Assembly: GCA_037443525.1 (NCBI GenBank)
Contig: JBBIOE010000008.1
Span: 2,331-66,330 of the forward strand
Origin: Archangiaceae bacterium
GTDB taxonomy: Bacteria > Myxococcota > Myxococcia > Myxococcales > Myxococcaceae
Length of the DNA: 64,000 nt
Direction of reading: 5' to 3'
Positions within the stretch are counted from its first letter, which is position 1; every line of letters begins with the position of its first letter. Below the pieces are notes generated by a model, which saw only the letters and a list, made by a program, of their open reading frames with translations, had not been told where the DNA came from and did not search any database. The translations under genes and the position numbers were made by a program. Below, piece after piece: positions 52,562 to 61,865 of this stretch.

Positions 52562-53929
52562 GTGCTCGTGAAGCTGCCGATCTACATGGACAACCACGCC
52601 ACGACCCCCGTCGACCCGCGCGTGGTGGAGGCGATGGAGCCGTACCTGAAGGACGACTTCGGGAACGCGGCCTCGCGCAACCATCGCTTCGGTTGGGTGG
52701 CGGAGGCGGCGGTGGAGAAGGCGCGCAAGCAGGTGGCGGCGCTGATCGGCGCCTCCGACAAGGAGATCGTCTTCACCAGCGGCGCCACCGAGTCGAACAA
52801 CCTCGCCATCAAGGGCGTGCTCGAGTTCTACAAGGACAAGGGCGACCACATCATCACCGTCGCCACCGAGCACAAGGCGGTGCTCGACACCTGCAAGCGC
52901 CTGGAGCGGCAGTCGAAGGAGAAGATCGACGAGCTCAAGCGCCTGCGGCTGATGGAGCTGACCGGCAAGGACGTCTCCGTCGACGAGCTCGGCACCCTGG
53001 AGATCAAGCACGAGCTCGACAAGGACCCGGTGCTCGCGCGCTGGCTCGCCGCGGTGCACGACGGCGCCCGGGTCACCGTGCTCCGGCCCAAGAAGGACGG
53101 CCTCGTCGACCTCGCCGAGCTGGAGAAGGCCATCACCCCCAAGACGGTGCTGGTCTCCATCATGCTCGGCAACAACGAGATCGGCGTGGTGCAGCCGGTG
53201 GAGCAGATCGGCGCGCTCTGCCGCCAGAAGGGCGTGCTCTTCCACTGCGACGCGGTGCAGGGCGCGGGCAAGGTGCCCTTCGACGTCGAGTCGGCGAAGG
53301 TCGACCTGGTCTCCCTCTCGGCGCACAAGCTCTACGGCCCCAAGGGCGTGGGCGCGCTCTACGTACGAAGGAAGCCCCGGGTGCGCGTCGCGCCGCAGAT
53401 CGACGGTGGCGGCCACGAGCGCGGCATGCGCTCGGGCACCCTCAACGTCGCGGGCATCGTCGGCTTCGGCAAGGCCTGCGAGCTGGCCCAGGCCGAGCTC
53501 TCGACCGAGGCGGCCAGGACAGGCGCCCTGCGCGACCGCCTGCTCGCCGGCCTCCAGAAGAACCTCGACTTCCTGGTGGTCAACGGCTCCATGGAGCACC
53601 GGCTGCCCGGCAACCTCAACGTCTCCTTCTCCTTCGTGGAGGGCGAGGCGCTGATGATGGCCATCAAGGACGTGGCGGTGTCGTCGGGCTCAGCCTGCAC
53701 CTCGGCCTCCCTCGAGCCGTCCTACGTCCTGCGCGCGCTCGGCGTCGAAGAGGAGCTGGCCCACAGCTCCATCCGCTTCGGCCTGGGCCGCTTCAACACC
53801 CAGGAGGAGGTCGACTACGTCGTCGATCTGGTGACGCGCGCGGTTCGGAAGCTGCGCGACATGTCGCCCCTCTACGAGATGGCGAAGGAAGGCATCGACT
53901 TGAAGAGCGTCCAGTGGTCGGCGCACTGA
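52562..53929 (+). CDS. iscS: Cysteine desulfurase IscS, with a ~50-aa insertion
   Basis: Collinear with E. coli IscS (KLPIY…[44 protein letters not shown]). An extra segment [50 protein letters not shown] follows CKRLERQ. The start is the GTG at 52562 or 52568. Confidence 0.9.
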   Translation: MLVKLPIYMDNHATTPVDPRVVEAMEPYLKDDFGNAASRNHRFGWVAEAAVEKARKQVAALIGASDKEIVFTSGATESNNLAIKGVLEFYKDKGDHIITVATEHKAVLDTCKRLERQSKEKIDELKRLRLMELTGKDVSVDELGTLEIKHELDKDPVLARWLAAVHDGARVTVLRPKKDGLVDLAELEKAITPKTVLVSIMLGNNEIGVVQPVEQIGALCRQKGVLFHCDAVQGAGKVPFDVESAKVDLVSLSAHKLYGPKGVGALYVRRKPRVRVAPQIDGGGHERGMRSGTLNVAGIVGFGKACELAQAELSTEAARTGALRDRLLAGLQKNLDFLVVNGSMEHRLPGNLNVSFSFVEGEALMMAIKDVAVSSGSACTSASLEPSYVLRALGVEEELAHSSIRFGLGRFNTQEEVDYVVDLVTRAVRKLRDMSPLYEMAKEGIDLKSVQWSAH

Positions 53930-53942
53930 GGAAACAACAGCC

Positions 53943-54383
53943 ATGGCCTACAGCGAAAAAGTCATCGAGCACTACGAGAACCCCAAGAACGTCGGCACCC
54001 TCGACAAGGAGGACCCGAACGTCGGCACGGGCCTCGTCGGCGCGCCGGCCTGCGGCGACGTGATGCGCCTGCAGCTCAAGATCCGCGACGACGGCGTCAT
54101 CGAGGACGCCAAGTTCAAGACCTTCGGCTGCGGCTCGGCCATCGCCTCCAGCTCCCTCGTGTCCGAGTGGGTGAAGGGCAAGTCGACCGAGGAGGCGGTG
54201 AAGATCACCAACAAGGAGATCGCCCGCGAGCTGGCGCTCCCGCCGGTGAAGATTCACTGCTCGGTGCTGGCCGAGGACGCCATCAAGGCCGCCATCAAGG
54301 ACTTCCAGGAGAAGCGCGCCAAGCGCCTCGCCGCCGGTTCGGGCGAGGCCGCCGCCGCCCCCGACGCGAAGACTTCGAGGTGA
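53943..54383 (+). CDS. iscU: Fe-S cluster scaffold IscU
   Basis: 146 aa; the conserved Cys triad region (APACGDVM…, [10 protein letters not shown]…, HCSVLA). Confidence 0.9.
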   Translation: MAYSEKVIEHYENPKNVGTLDKEDPNVGTGLVGAPACGDVMRLQLKIRDDGVIEDAKFKTFGCGSAIASSSLVSEWVKGKSTEEAVKITNKEIARELALPPVKIHCSVLAEDAIKAAIKDFQEKRAKRLAAGSGEAAAAPDAKTSR

Positions 54384-54388
54384 ACGTC

Positions 54389-54772
54389 ATGAGCGCCGTC
54401 GCCACCCAAGGCATCCCCTCCCTGAGCGCGCCGAAGCCCGGCTTGAAGGGCATCGGCCTGGCCGACTCCGCCGTGGAGCGCCTCAAGAAGCTGCTCGACG
54501 AGCGCAACACGCCCAACGCCGGCCTGCGCATCGCGGTCAAGGGCGGCGGCTGCTCCGGGCTCGCGTACCACATGGAGTGGGCCGAGCAGGCCAAGGAGCG
54601 CGACAAGGTCTTCGAGCGCGACGGCGTGCGCGTCTTCGTCGACCCGAAGAGCTACCTGTACCTGATGGGCACCGAGCTGGTGTACGAGGACGGGCTCCTC
54701 GCCTCGGGCTTCAAGCTCGCCAACCCCAACGCGAAGGGCGCCTGCGGCTGCGGCGACAGCTTCACGGTCTGA
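54389..54772 (+). CDS. iscA: Fe-S cluster insertion protein IscA (HesB family)
   Basis: 127 aa; GGGCSG and the C-terminal CGCGDSF motif; GAGGTGA SD. Confidence 0.85.
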   Translation: MSAVATQGIPSLSAPKPGLKGIGLADSAVERLKKLLDERNTPNAGLRIAVKGGGCSGLAYHMEWAEQAKERDKVFERDGVRVFVDPKSYLYLMGTELVYEDGLLASGFKLANPNAKGACGCGDSFTV

Positions 54773-54790
54773 ACGAAACCGAAGCCGGCC

Positions 54791-55309
54791 ATGACGCACT
54801 TCGAAGTCTTCGGCCTTCCCCCGGGACCCGATCTCGACCTCGCGGCGCTGGAGCAGAAGCACCGCTCACTCGCCCTCGAGTCGCACCCCGATCGGCAGAC
54901 CGCCAAGGACGCGAAGACCCGGCTGTGGGCGCTCGAGCGCACCACCCAGCTCAACGACGCCTTCAAGGTGCTGAAGGACCCGGTGAAGCGCGCGGTCTAC
55001 CTGTTGAAGCTCAAGGGCGTGGACCTGGAGAAGGACGGCGAGGGCCGCGTGCAGCTCCCGCTGGAGTTCCTGGAGGACGTCCTCGAGCGGCGCGAGGAGC
55101 TCGACGAGGCCCGCGCCAGGAAGGACGTCGCTACGGTGCGCGCCCTCGCCAAGGAGATCGGCGAGCTGGCCGCCAAGGCGCTGGCCACCGCCCAAGACGC
55201 CCTGCGCCAAGAAGATCTCGCCACCGCCGCCACGCAGCTCGGGCGGGTGCGCTATTTCGGCCGCTTCCTCGAGGAAGTGGACGCCTTCGAAGAGGAGATG
55301 TCGTCGTGA
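54791..55309 (+). CDS. hscB: Fe-S co-chaperone HscB (J-domain)
   Basis: 172 aa; J-domain with HPD (LESHPDRQ); position between iscA and hscA. Confidence 0.8.
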   Translation: MTHFEVFGLPPGPDLDLAALEQKHRSLALESHPDRQTAKDAKTRLWALERTTQLNDAFKVLKDPVKRAVYLLKLKGVDLEKDGEGRVQLPLEFLEDVLERREELDEARARKDVATVRALAKEIGELAAKALATAQDALRQEDLATAATQLGRVRYFGRFLEEVDAFEEEMSS

Positions 55310-57147
55310 GCGGCTTCCTGCAAATCCACGATCCGATGAAGCCGAAGGGGCACGTCGTCGGCATCGATCTCGGCACCACCAACTCGCTCGTCGCGACCGT
55401 CATTCACGGCAAGCCCCAGTGCCTGCCGGCGGACGAGGGCGGCGCGAAGCTGTTGCCCTCGGTGGTGCACTACTCGGCCGACGGGAAGGTCGTCACCGGG
55501 CGGCTCGCGGTGTCGCTGCTCCCCCACTTCCCCACCGACACCATCAAGTCGGTGAAGCGCTTCATGGGCAAGAGCCATGGGGACGGCGAGACGCAGAAGC
55601 TCGGAGCCTACAAGTTCGCGTCCGGCAAGGGCGTGGTGCGCTTCGAGGTCGCTGGCGGCCAGCCGGTGACGCCCATCGAGGTGTCGGGCGAGATCTTGCG
55701 GGCGCTCAAGCGCAAGGCGGAGATGTACTTCGCCGGCAGGGTCGAGCAGGCGGTCATCACCGTCCCGGCCTACTTCGACGACGCCCAGCGGCAGGCCACC
55801 AAGGACGCCGGGCGGCTCGCAGGGCTCGAGGTCTTGCGGCTCCTCAACGAGCCCACCGCCGCGGCGCTGGCCTACGGACTCGACAAGAACGCGCAGGGCC
55901 TCTTCGCGGTCTACGACCTGGGCGGCGGCACCTTCGACATCTCGATCCTCGAGCTCGTCGACGGCGTCTTCCAGGTGAAGTCCGTGGGCGGCGACTCGGC
56001 GCTCGGCGGCGACGACTTCGATCGCGCCATCGTGCACGCGCTGATGAGGGCCACTGAGCTCACCTCGCCGACGCCGTCGCAGGTGGCCCAGCTGCTCCAC
56101 GCCGCCCGCGCGGCCAAGGAGCACCTCACCACCGCCACCGAGGTGGGCCTCGAGCTCGAGGGCAAGACCTTCCACTTCACCCGCGCCCAGTTCGAGGAGT
56201 GGATCGCGCCCCTCCTCGCCAAGACCGGCACGGCGGTGCGGCGGGCGCTCAAGGACGCGGGGGTGAGCCCGGCCGAGGTGAAGGGCGTGGTGCTGGTCGG
56301 CGGCTCGACGCGCGTGCCCGCGGTGCGGGCTTACGTCGCCGAGCTGTTCGGCAAGGAGCCCCTCTCCGACATCGACCCCGACCAGGTGGTGGCGTTGGGC
56401 GCGGCGGTGCAGGCGGACCTGCTCACCAACGAGGCGCGCAAGGACGAGGTGCTGCTGCTCGACGTGATCCCCCTCTCGCTCGGCCTCGAGACCATGGGCG
56501 GCATCGTCGAGAAGCTGGTGCCGCGCAACTCGACCATCCCCATCGCCCAGGCGCAGGTCTTCACCACCTTCCAGGACGGGCAGAACGCGATGGACGTCCA
56601 CGTGGTGCAGGGCGAGCGCGAGCTGGTCGCCGACTGCCGCTCGCTGGCCCGCTTCACGCTCTCGGGCATCCCCCCGCTGCCGGCCGGCATGGCGCGCATC
56701 GAGGTGAAGTTCCAGGTCGACGCCGACGGGCTGTTGTCGGTGGCGGCGAAGGAGCTCTCCACCGGCATCGAGCAGAAGATCACCGTGAAGCCCTCCCACG
56801 GGCTCACCGACGAGGAGATCGAGCAGATGCTCCTCGACTCCATCGATCACGCCGAGGAGGACTTCCACAAGCGCCTCCTCGCCGAGCAGCAGGTCGAGGC
56901 GAAGCGCATCCTCGTCGACGCCCACAAGCAGATGGAGCAGTTCGGCGATCTCCTCGAACCGGCCGAGCGGGAGAACCTCGAGCGCAGCATCGGCGTGCTC
57001 GAGGCGCTGGCGAAGTCGACCAAGGACCACGCGCTGCTCAAGGCCGCCATCCTCGCGCTGGACGACTCGGCCAAGCCCTTCGTCGAGCGCATCATGAACC
57101 GCGCCATCACCGAGGCCGCGGTGGGGCACCGCGTCGAGGACTTCTAG
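55306..57147 (+). CDS. hscA: Fe-S chaperone HscA (Hsp70 family)
   Basis: 613 aa from the GTG that overlaps the hscB stop as GTGA. The N-terminus FLQIHDP…[12 protein letters not shown] parallels E. coli HscA; the full Hsp70 fold is present. Confidence 0.9.
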   Translation: MSGFLQIHDPMKPKGHVVGIDLGTTNSLVATVIHGKPQCLPADEGGAKLLPSVVHYSADGKVVTGRLAVSLLPHFPTDTIKSVKRFMGKSHGDGETQKLGAYKFASGKGVVRFEVAGGQPVTPIEVSGEILRALKRKAEMYFAGRVEQAVITVPAYFDDAQRQATKDAGRLAGLEVLRLLNEPTAAALAYGLDKNAQGLFAVYDLGGGTFDISILELVDGVFQVKSVGGDSALGGDDFDRAIVHALMRATELTSPTPSQVAQLLHAARAAKEHLTTATEVGLELEGKTFHFTRAQFEEWIAPLLAKTGTAVRRALKDAGVSPAEVKGVVLVGGSTRVPAVRAYVAELFGKEPLSDIDPDQVVALGAAVQADLLTNEARKDEVLLLDVIPLSLGLETMGGIVEKLVPRNSTIPIAQAQVFTTFQDGQNAMDVHVVQGERELVADCRSLARFTLSGIPPLPAGMARIEVKFQVDADGLLSVAAKELSTGIEQKITVKPSHGLTDEEIEQMLLDSIDHAEEDFHKRLLAEQQVEAKRILVDAHKQMEQFGDLLEPAERENLERSIGVLEALAKSTKDHALLKAAILALDDSAKPFVERIMNRAITEAAVGHRVEDF

Positions 57148-57149
57148 CC

Positions 57150-57530
57150 GTGCCCAAGGTGCGCTTCGTCAGCCCGCTCGAGGATCTCACCGTCGACGTG
57201 AAGCCGGGGACGACCCTCCTCGAGGCGGCCGAGGCGGCCGGGGCGCACGTCGGCCACTCCTGCGGCGGCGTGTGCGGCTGCTCGACCTGCCACGTGTGGG
57301 TGCGCCAGGGCCTCGACTCCTTGCCCGCCCAGGAAGACATGGAGCTCGATCGCCTGGACTCGGCCTTCGACGTGAAGCCCAACTCCCGCCTCGCCTGCCA
57401 GGCGGTGGTCGACGGCGCCGATCTCGAGGTCACCATCACCCCCGAGTCGCTCAACGCCTGGATGGACGAGAACCCCAAGGACCGCCACGCCCTCGAGGAT
57501 CAGGGGAAGTGGCCCCTGCCCTCGCGGTAG
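57150..57530 (+). CDS. fdx: [2Fe-2S] ferredoxin of the isc cluster
   Basis: 126 aa from the GTG 2 nt after the hscA stop; Cys ligands CGGVCGCSTCHV … LACQ. Confidence 0.8.
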   Translation: MPKVRFVSPLEDLTVDVKPGTTLLEAAEAAGAHVGHSCGGVCGCSTCHVWVRQGLDSLPAQEDMELDRLDSAFDVKPNSRLACQAVVDGADLEVTITPESLNAWMDENPKDRHALEDQGKWPLPSR

Positions 57531-57621
57531 CGCTCAGACAAAGCGCGCCCGTCAGGCGTCGTAGGCGCCCTCGTCCTTGACATGGCTCGGTGCGATTCGT
57601 ACAAGCTCGACGCCGCAGGAT

Positions 57622-57705
57622 GCCCAGGTGGCGGAATTGGTAGACGCGCTAGATTCAGGGTCTAGTGCCGGAAACGGCGTGGAGGTTCGAGTCCTCTCCC
57701 GGGCA
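57622..57705 (+). tRNA. tRNA-Leu (anticodon CAG), class II tRNA with a long variable arm
   Basis: GCCCAGGTGGCGGAATTGGTAGACGCGCTAGATTCAGGGTCTAGTGCCGGAAACGGCGTGGAGGTTCGAGTCCTCTCCCGGGCA is near-identical in architecture to E. coli tRNA-Leu(CAG). Anticodon loop TTCAGGG. One A·C mismatch at acceptor pair 5-68. No CCA is encoded. Confidence 0.85.
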
Positions 57706-57709
57706 CAAC

Positions 57710-57750
57710 AAGGGGAACTGGTCGCGAGGCCGGTTCCCCTTCGAGTTTTC
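57710..57750 (+). terminator. Intrinsic terminator after tRNA-Leu: perfect 9-bp stem AAGGGGAAC/GTTCCCCTT, 14-nt loop, then CGAGTTTTC
   Basis: Hairpin plus T-run in the 43-bp gap between the tRNA and the convergent GHMP kinase gene. Confidence 0.5.
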
Positions 57751-58822
57751 AGGCCACGTCCAGCCAGGCCTTGAGCTCGTCGGGGCAGGCGCCTTCGCCG
57801 CGCAGCCCCGGCTCGGGGTGAATGCGGAAGGCCACCACGCCACGCTCGGTCATCGCATCCACCAGGAGCGTCGCGGCCTGATCGTCCGGCGCGACGAAGA
57901 CCGCGCCGTCGCCACCCCCTGCGCCCGACTGCTTGCCGGCACAGCCCAACAGATCGGCGACCGCGAGCATGCGCTGAAGCGCGGGGTTCGGGAGGACGCC
58001 GAGGGACGAGAGGTGCGCCTGCAAGGCCGCGAAGGTCTCCTTGGTCTCCGGGAAGGCGCCGCGCGCGAGGGCACGCTCCAGGCCGTCGCCGAGGGCGTCG
58101 GAGCGCTCCACGAAGGCCCGCCGCTCGTCTTCGCCGAACCGCGCCTCGACCTCCCGAATGAGGTGCGACGTGGAGGCGCTGGTGCCGGTGAAGCCGTAGA
58201 CCAGCGGGAGGCGCGGGAGATCGGCGCGGGCGCAGTCGATGGGCGCCGAGGCGGTGAGCGCGGGGCCCAGCCGGCCGGCGTTCGACGCGGACACGAGCGC
58301 ACCGAGATCGTACCGGCGGGTGCGCACCAGGCCTCCGGTGAAGCAGGCCGTGACGTCGGCGCCGCTGCCGCGCCCGCCCTGCGCACCGGCGTGGGAGAGC
58401 AGCGCGACCTTGAGCGCGTCGAAGTTGCCTTCCACGGCGCTGCGCGTGGCCTCGGCGGCGATCACCGCCGCGCGGGCGCTGCCACCGAAGCCCAGCTTGT
58501 GGCCGCCGACGGTGCGGGAGGCCTCGATGGCGAGGGAGAAGCCGTTGCGCTCGGCGCCGGCGGCGCGCAGGCCCTCGTCGACCGTGCGAGCGATGACGCG
58601 GAAGGCTTCGGGGACGGCCTCCTCCCAGTGGACGCCGGCGGGGGTGGAGACGCCCGAGAGCCGGCCGTCGGCGAGGAGGAGATCGATGCGCCGATCATCG
58701 CGGCGGCGCACGGCGCCGGTGACGCGGCCGCCCGTCGCCAGCACCCGCGCCACGCCGCCCCACAGCACGGCGTACTCGCCGCTGAGGAAGAGCTTCCCGG
58801 GCGCGGAGAGCGTGCGGAGCAT
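57749..58822 (-). CDS. GHMP-family kinase (phosphomevalonate kinase-like)
   Basis: 357 aa; N-terminal SAPGKLFLSGEYAVLWGG resembles the phosphomevalonate/mevalonate kinase motif. A Gly-rich ATP-binding loop is present (LGFGGSARAAV). Confidence 0.6.
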   Translation of the reverse strand: MLRTLSAPGKLFLSGEYAVLWGGVARVLATGGRVTGAVRRRDDRRIDLLLADGRLSGVSTPAGVHWEEAVPEAFRVIARTVDEGLRAAGAERNGFSLAIEASRTVGGHKLGFGGSARAAVIAAEATRSAVEGNFDALKVALLSHAGAQGGRGSGADVTACFTGGLVRTRRYDLGALVSASNAGRLGPALTASAPIDCARADLPRLPLVYGFTGTSASTSHLIREVEARFGEDERRAFVERSDALGDGLERALARGAFPETKETFAALQAHLSSLGVLPNPALQRMLAVADLLGCAGKQSGAGGGDGAVFVAPDDQAATLLVDAMTERGVVAFRIHPEPGLRGEGACPDELKAWLDVA

Positions 58823-58896
58823 CAGGCGGCACCGCTCAGGCGCAGCCCTTCGCCGACGCGCAGGGCAGGCGCCGTCGAAGCCCGCCGACGGCTCCC

Positions 58897-59220
58897 GTTC
58901 AGGCTGAGAGGAGCGATCGAAACTCTGACGCCGTTCAGCCCGAGCGGAGTCGAGGGCCGGTCGATCCTGTCATTCAGATCGGTTCGGAGCGGGTCCTCGA
59001 CTTCGCTCGGACTGAACGGTTCCCTGATCCGAGTTCTCGCCGCTCCTCTGAGCGGAGTCGAAGCCTGCCGACCTGGCACCGTTCGCCCCGAGCGGACTCG
59101 AGGGTCCCCGCGAATCGGTCCCGTCCCGGCGTGCCCTCGACTCCGCTCGGGCTGCACGGAGGAGCGAACCGGGTCCGGAGCCCGACCCAGGTCGACGCCA
59201 CTCTGAGTGAACGCGAGCAC
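58897..59220. repeat. Cluster of GC-rich ~28-nt repeats in alternating orientation (consensus CCGTTCAGCCCGAGCGGAGTCGAGGGCC)
   Basis: Copies at 58931-58958(+), 58991-59019(-), 59079-59109(+) and 59133-59159(-). Degenerate relatives at 58897-58915, 59046-59065 and 59199-59220. All lie in the 400-bp intergenic region between the GHMP kinase and psuG genes. Confidence 0.6.
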
Positions 59221-59225
59221 CCAAC

Positions 59226-60152
59226 TCACCGGCGAGATCTCGGCTTCCGCGTGAGCTTCGCCAGCGCCACCGCCATCGCCCCCGCGAAGCCGGCGTTCTG
59301 CTCGAGCAGCGCGAGGTTGAGCTCGAGGGTCTTCCCCTTCGTCCGGCGCACGAGCTCCTTCAGGAGGAAGGGCGTCACCGCCTTCCCGCTCACGCCCTCG
59401 CGCCGCGCCTTCTCGAGCGCGCCAGCGAGGTGCCGCTCGATCACCTTCCGCGAGAGGGCGAGCGCCTTCGGCGGAGGCAGCGCGAACACCACCCCGCCCT
59501 GCCCCAGCGCCAGCCGCTCGCGCAGCACCGCCGCCGCCTCGCGCGCGTCCGCGACCGAGTGCTCGAGCTCGAGCCCCGTCTCGCGGGTGAAGAAGCCGGG
59601 CAGCTCGTGGGTGCCGACGCCGATCACCGGCACGCCGAGCGTCTCCAGCATCTCCAGCGTCTTCGCCAGGTCGAGCACCACCTTCGCCCCGGCGCACACC
59701 ACGCCCACCGGCCACCGCGCCAGCGCCGGCAGGTCCTGGGAGATGTCCAGGTGCTCCTCGACGCCGCGGTGCACGCCCCCTAGGCCCCCGGTCGCGAACA
59801 CGGGAATTCCCGCCCGGGCCGCGAGCTCGCAGGTCGCGCTCACCGTCGTGCCGCCGGTCGCCCGCTGCGCCACTGCCACCGCGAGGTCCCGCGAACCGAC
59901 CTTGAGCAGCCCCCTCCCGGTCGCCAGCCGCGCGGTCTCGGCCTCGGAGAGCCCCGCCTTGAGCTCGCCGTCGATCACCGCCATCGCCGCCGGCACGGCC
60001 CCCGCGGCGCGCACCGACGCCTCGCACCGGCGCGCGCACTCCAGGTTCGAGGGGTACGGCAGGCCCTGCGCGAGCACCGAGGTCTCCAGCGCTACCAGGG
60101 CCCGGCCCGCGTCCAGCGCGGCCGCCACCTCGCGAGACGTCACGATCCTCAT
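59226..60152 (-). CDS. psuG: Pseudouridine-5'-phosphate glycosidase
   Basis: 308 aa; indigoidine-synthase-A-like fold with conserved blocks (…LETSVLAQGLPYP…, …GGLGGVHRG…, …VVCAGAKVVLD…). Its ATG overlaps the upstream stop as ATGA. Confidence 0.75.
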   Translation of the reverse strand: MRIVTSREVAAALDAGRALVALETSVLAQGLPYPSNLECARRCEASVRAAGAVPAAMAVIDGELKAGLSEAETARLATGRGLLKVGSRDLAVAVAQRATGGTTVSATCELAARAGIPVFATGGLGGVHRGVEEHLDISQDLPALARWPVGVVCAGAKVVLDLAKTLEMLETLGVPVIGVGTHELPGFFTRETGLELEHSVADAREAAAVLRERLALGQGGVVFALPPPKALALSRKVIERHLAGALEKARREGVSGKAVTPFLLKELVRRTKGKTLELNLALLEQNAGFAGAMAVALAKLTRKPRSRR

Positions 60153-61852
60153 GCCCGGCGCTTCTCCACCACGATCTGGTAGTCGGCGATCTTCTTGTCG
60201 AGGGTCGGGCGGCTGATCCCCAAGAGCGCGGCGGCCTTGATCTTCTTCCCCTTCGCGTCGCGCAACGCCTGGGTGATCGCCTCCTTCTCCAGCCTCGCGA
60301 TCATCTCCCCGAGCGACCTCGGCCCGGGCGAGGCGCCCTCCTGAATCTCCGGCGGAAGCCGGAGCGCCGGCACGTCCGTCCCGCCGTTGAGCAGCGCCGT
60401 GCGCTCCGCCACGCCCTGAAGCTCCTCGACGTTGCCCGGCCACGAGTAGTCGACGAGCAGGCGCTTCGCCTCCGGCGACAACCCCGGCGGATCGCGACGG
60501 TGCGCCCGCGCGAAGTTGAGCGCGAAGTGCTCGAAGAGCTGCAGCACGTCGGGCCGCCGCTCGCGCAAGGGCAAGGTCTCGATCTGCAGCCCGCCCAGGG
60601 CCTTCGCCAGCTCGGGGTCGACCTCCCCGCGCTTCACCAGGGCGTCGACGGGCGACTGGGTGGTGACGATGAGCCGCACGTCGACCGGCTCCTCGCCGCC
60701 CTGCCGCGCCGGCGCGACCTGCTTGGTCACCAGCCGCGCCAGCCGCTCCGAGAGCTGCCTTGGCAAGGCCTCGAGCTGCAGCACCGCCAGCGTCCCGCCG
60801 TCGGCCCTGAGCAGCGCCGACGACGCGGGCGGCACACCGGGCGCGCTGGTGCGGCCGAAGATCTGCTCCTCCACCACCACCGGCGCCTTGCGGCAGTCGA
60901 CCACCACCAGGGGCCCCAGCGCCCGGGGAGAGCGCGCGTGGATGTACTCGGCCATCGAGCGCCGCCCGGTGCCGGGCTCGCCCACCAGCGTCACCGGCTC
61001 GCTGCTCGCCGCCGCGCGCCGCGCCTGCTCCACCGTCTTCTTGAACTGCCGGCTCGCGCCCACCAGCACCACGCCGGCGCCGCCGCCCTCTTGCTGCCGC
61101 GCCCGCGCCGACGCCACCGCCTCGCCCACCAGGCGCCCCAGCGCGGTGATGGTCTTGAGCTCGCCGTCGCCGAAGACCTCCGGCCGCTCGGCGTAGAGCA
61201 CCCCGAAGGGCGCGCCGCCCGAGGCCAGCACCGGCGCGCAGACCAGGCCGCCCTGCCGGCTGGCCTCCTTGCGCTCCAGCGCCCCCTTGGCCAGCTCGCG
61301 CGGCACGTCGATCTTCTCCGCGCCCACCACCGCCGCGGTGAGCAGGCCCTGGTCGCCGCCCAGCAGCGCCGCCGAGCGCTCGGCGTCGAGCGCCCGCCCG
61401 AGCTCCTCCGCCGCGCGCCGCAAGACCATGGCTTCGCTGGTGGCCGACAGGAGCGCCGCGCCCGCGTGGTAGAGGCCGCCGTCCGTGCCCGTGGCCGGCA
61501 GGAGCTCCTCGATGGGCTTCGCCACCAGCTCGCCGGTGGCGGCGCGATCGGTCAGCGCCGCGCGCGCCTTCGGCTCGAAGAGCACGGTGGTGTCGCCGAC
61601 CTGCAGCCGGTCGCCCGGCAGCATCACCACCTCGGTCTCGATCTTCTCGCCGTTGACGACGGTGCCGTTGCGCGAGCCCAGGTCAGAGACTCGGGCCTGG
61701 CCGTCCTCGATCAGCACGCGCACGTGCCGCCGCGACGCCTTCGCGTCCTCCAGCGGAATGGTGCACGAGGGGCTGCGGCCGAGAATCACCTCGCCGTCGA
61801 GATCGAACCGCGCGCCCGCCGAGGGGCCCGTCAGCAGGAAGAGAACGGCCAC
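60149..61852 (-). CDS. FHA-domain / GAF-like / sigma54-activator-like AAA+ / Fis-HTH regulator with degenerate ATPase motifs and no GAFTGA loop
   Basis: 567 aa; N-terminal FHA (…GRSPSCTIPLEDAKASRRHVRV…SRNGTVVNG…). In the AAA+ core, Walker A is GEPGTGRRS (Arg in place of the catalytic Lys), the Walker B region is GGTLAVLQLEAL (no D-E pair), and GAFTGA is replaced by GRTSAPGVPPASSA. C-terminal HTH (…AAALLGISRPTLDKKI). Confidence 0.75.
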   Translation of the reverse strand: MAVLFLLTGPSAGARFDLDGEVILGRSPSCTIPLEDAKASRRHVRVLIEDGQARVSDLGSRNGTVVNGEKIETEVVMLPGDRLQVGDTTVLFEPKARAALTDRAATGELVAKPIEELLPATGTDGGLYHAGAALLSATSEAMVLRRAAEELGRALDAERSAALLGGDQGLLTAAVVGAEKIDVPRELAKGALERKEASRQGGLVCAPVLASGGAPFGVLYAERPEVFGDGELKTITALGRLVGEAVASARARQQEGGGAGVVLVGASRQFKKTVEQARRAAASSEPVTLVGEPGTGRRSMAEYIHARSPRALGPLVVVDCRKAPVVVEEQIFGRTSAPGVPPASSALLRADGGTLAVLQLEALPRQLSERLARLVTKQVAPARQGGEEPVDVRLIVTTQSPVDALVKRGEVDPELAKALGGLQIETLPLRERRPDVLQLFEHFALNFARAHRRDPPGLSPEAKRLLVDYSWPGNVEELQGVAERTALLNGGTDVPALRLPPEIQEGASPGPRSLGEMIARLEKEAITQALRDAKGKKIKAAALLGISRPTLDKKIADYQIVVEKRRA

Positions 61853-61865
61853 GCAGCCCTCCGAC

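Noticed and set aside
57594-57760. Integrated element at the tRNA-Leu gene
   Set aside because: No integrase, no attachment-site-like duplicate of the tRNA 3' end within the window, and the flanking genes (isc operon, GHMP kinase) are housekeeping.
58897-59220. Possible CRISPR array
   Set aside because: The repeats alternate in orientation, are irregularly spaced (60, 88 and 54 bp) and are imperfect. There are no uniform spacers and no cas genes in the window. This fits REP/MITE-like elements better.
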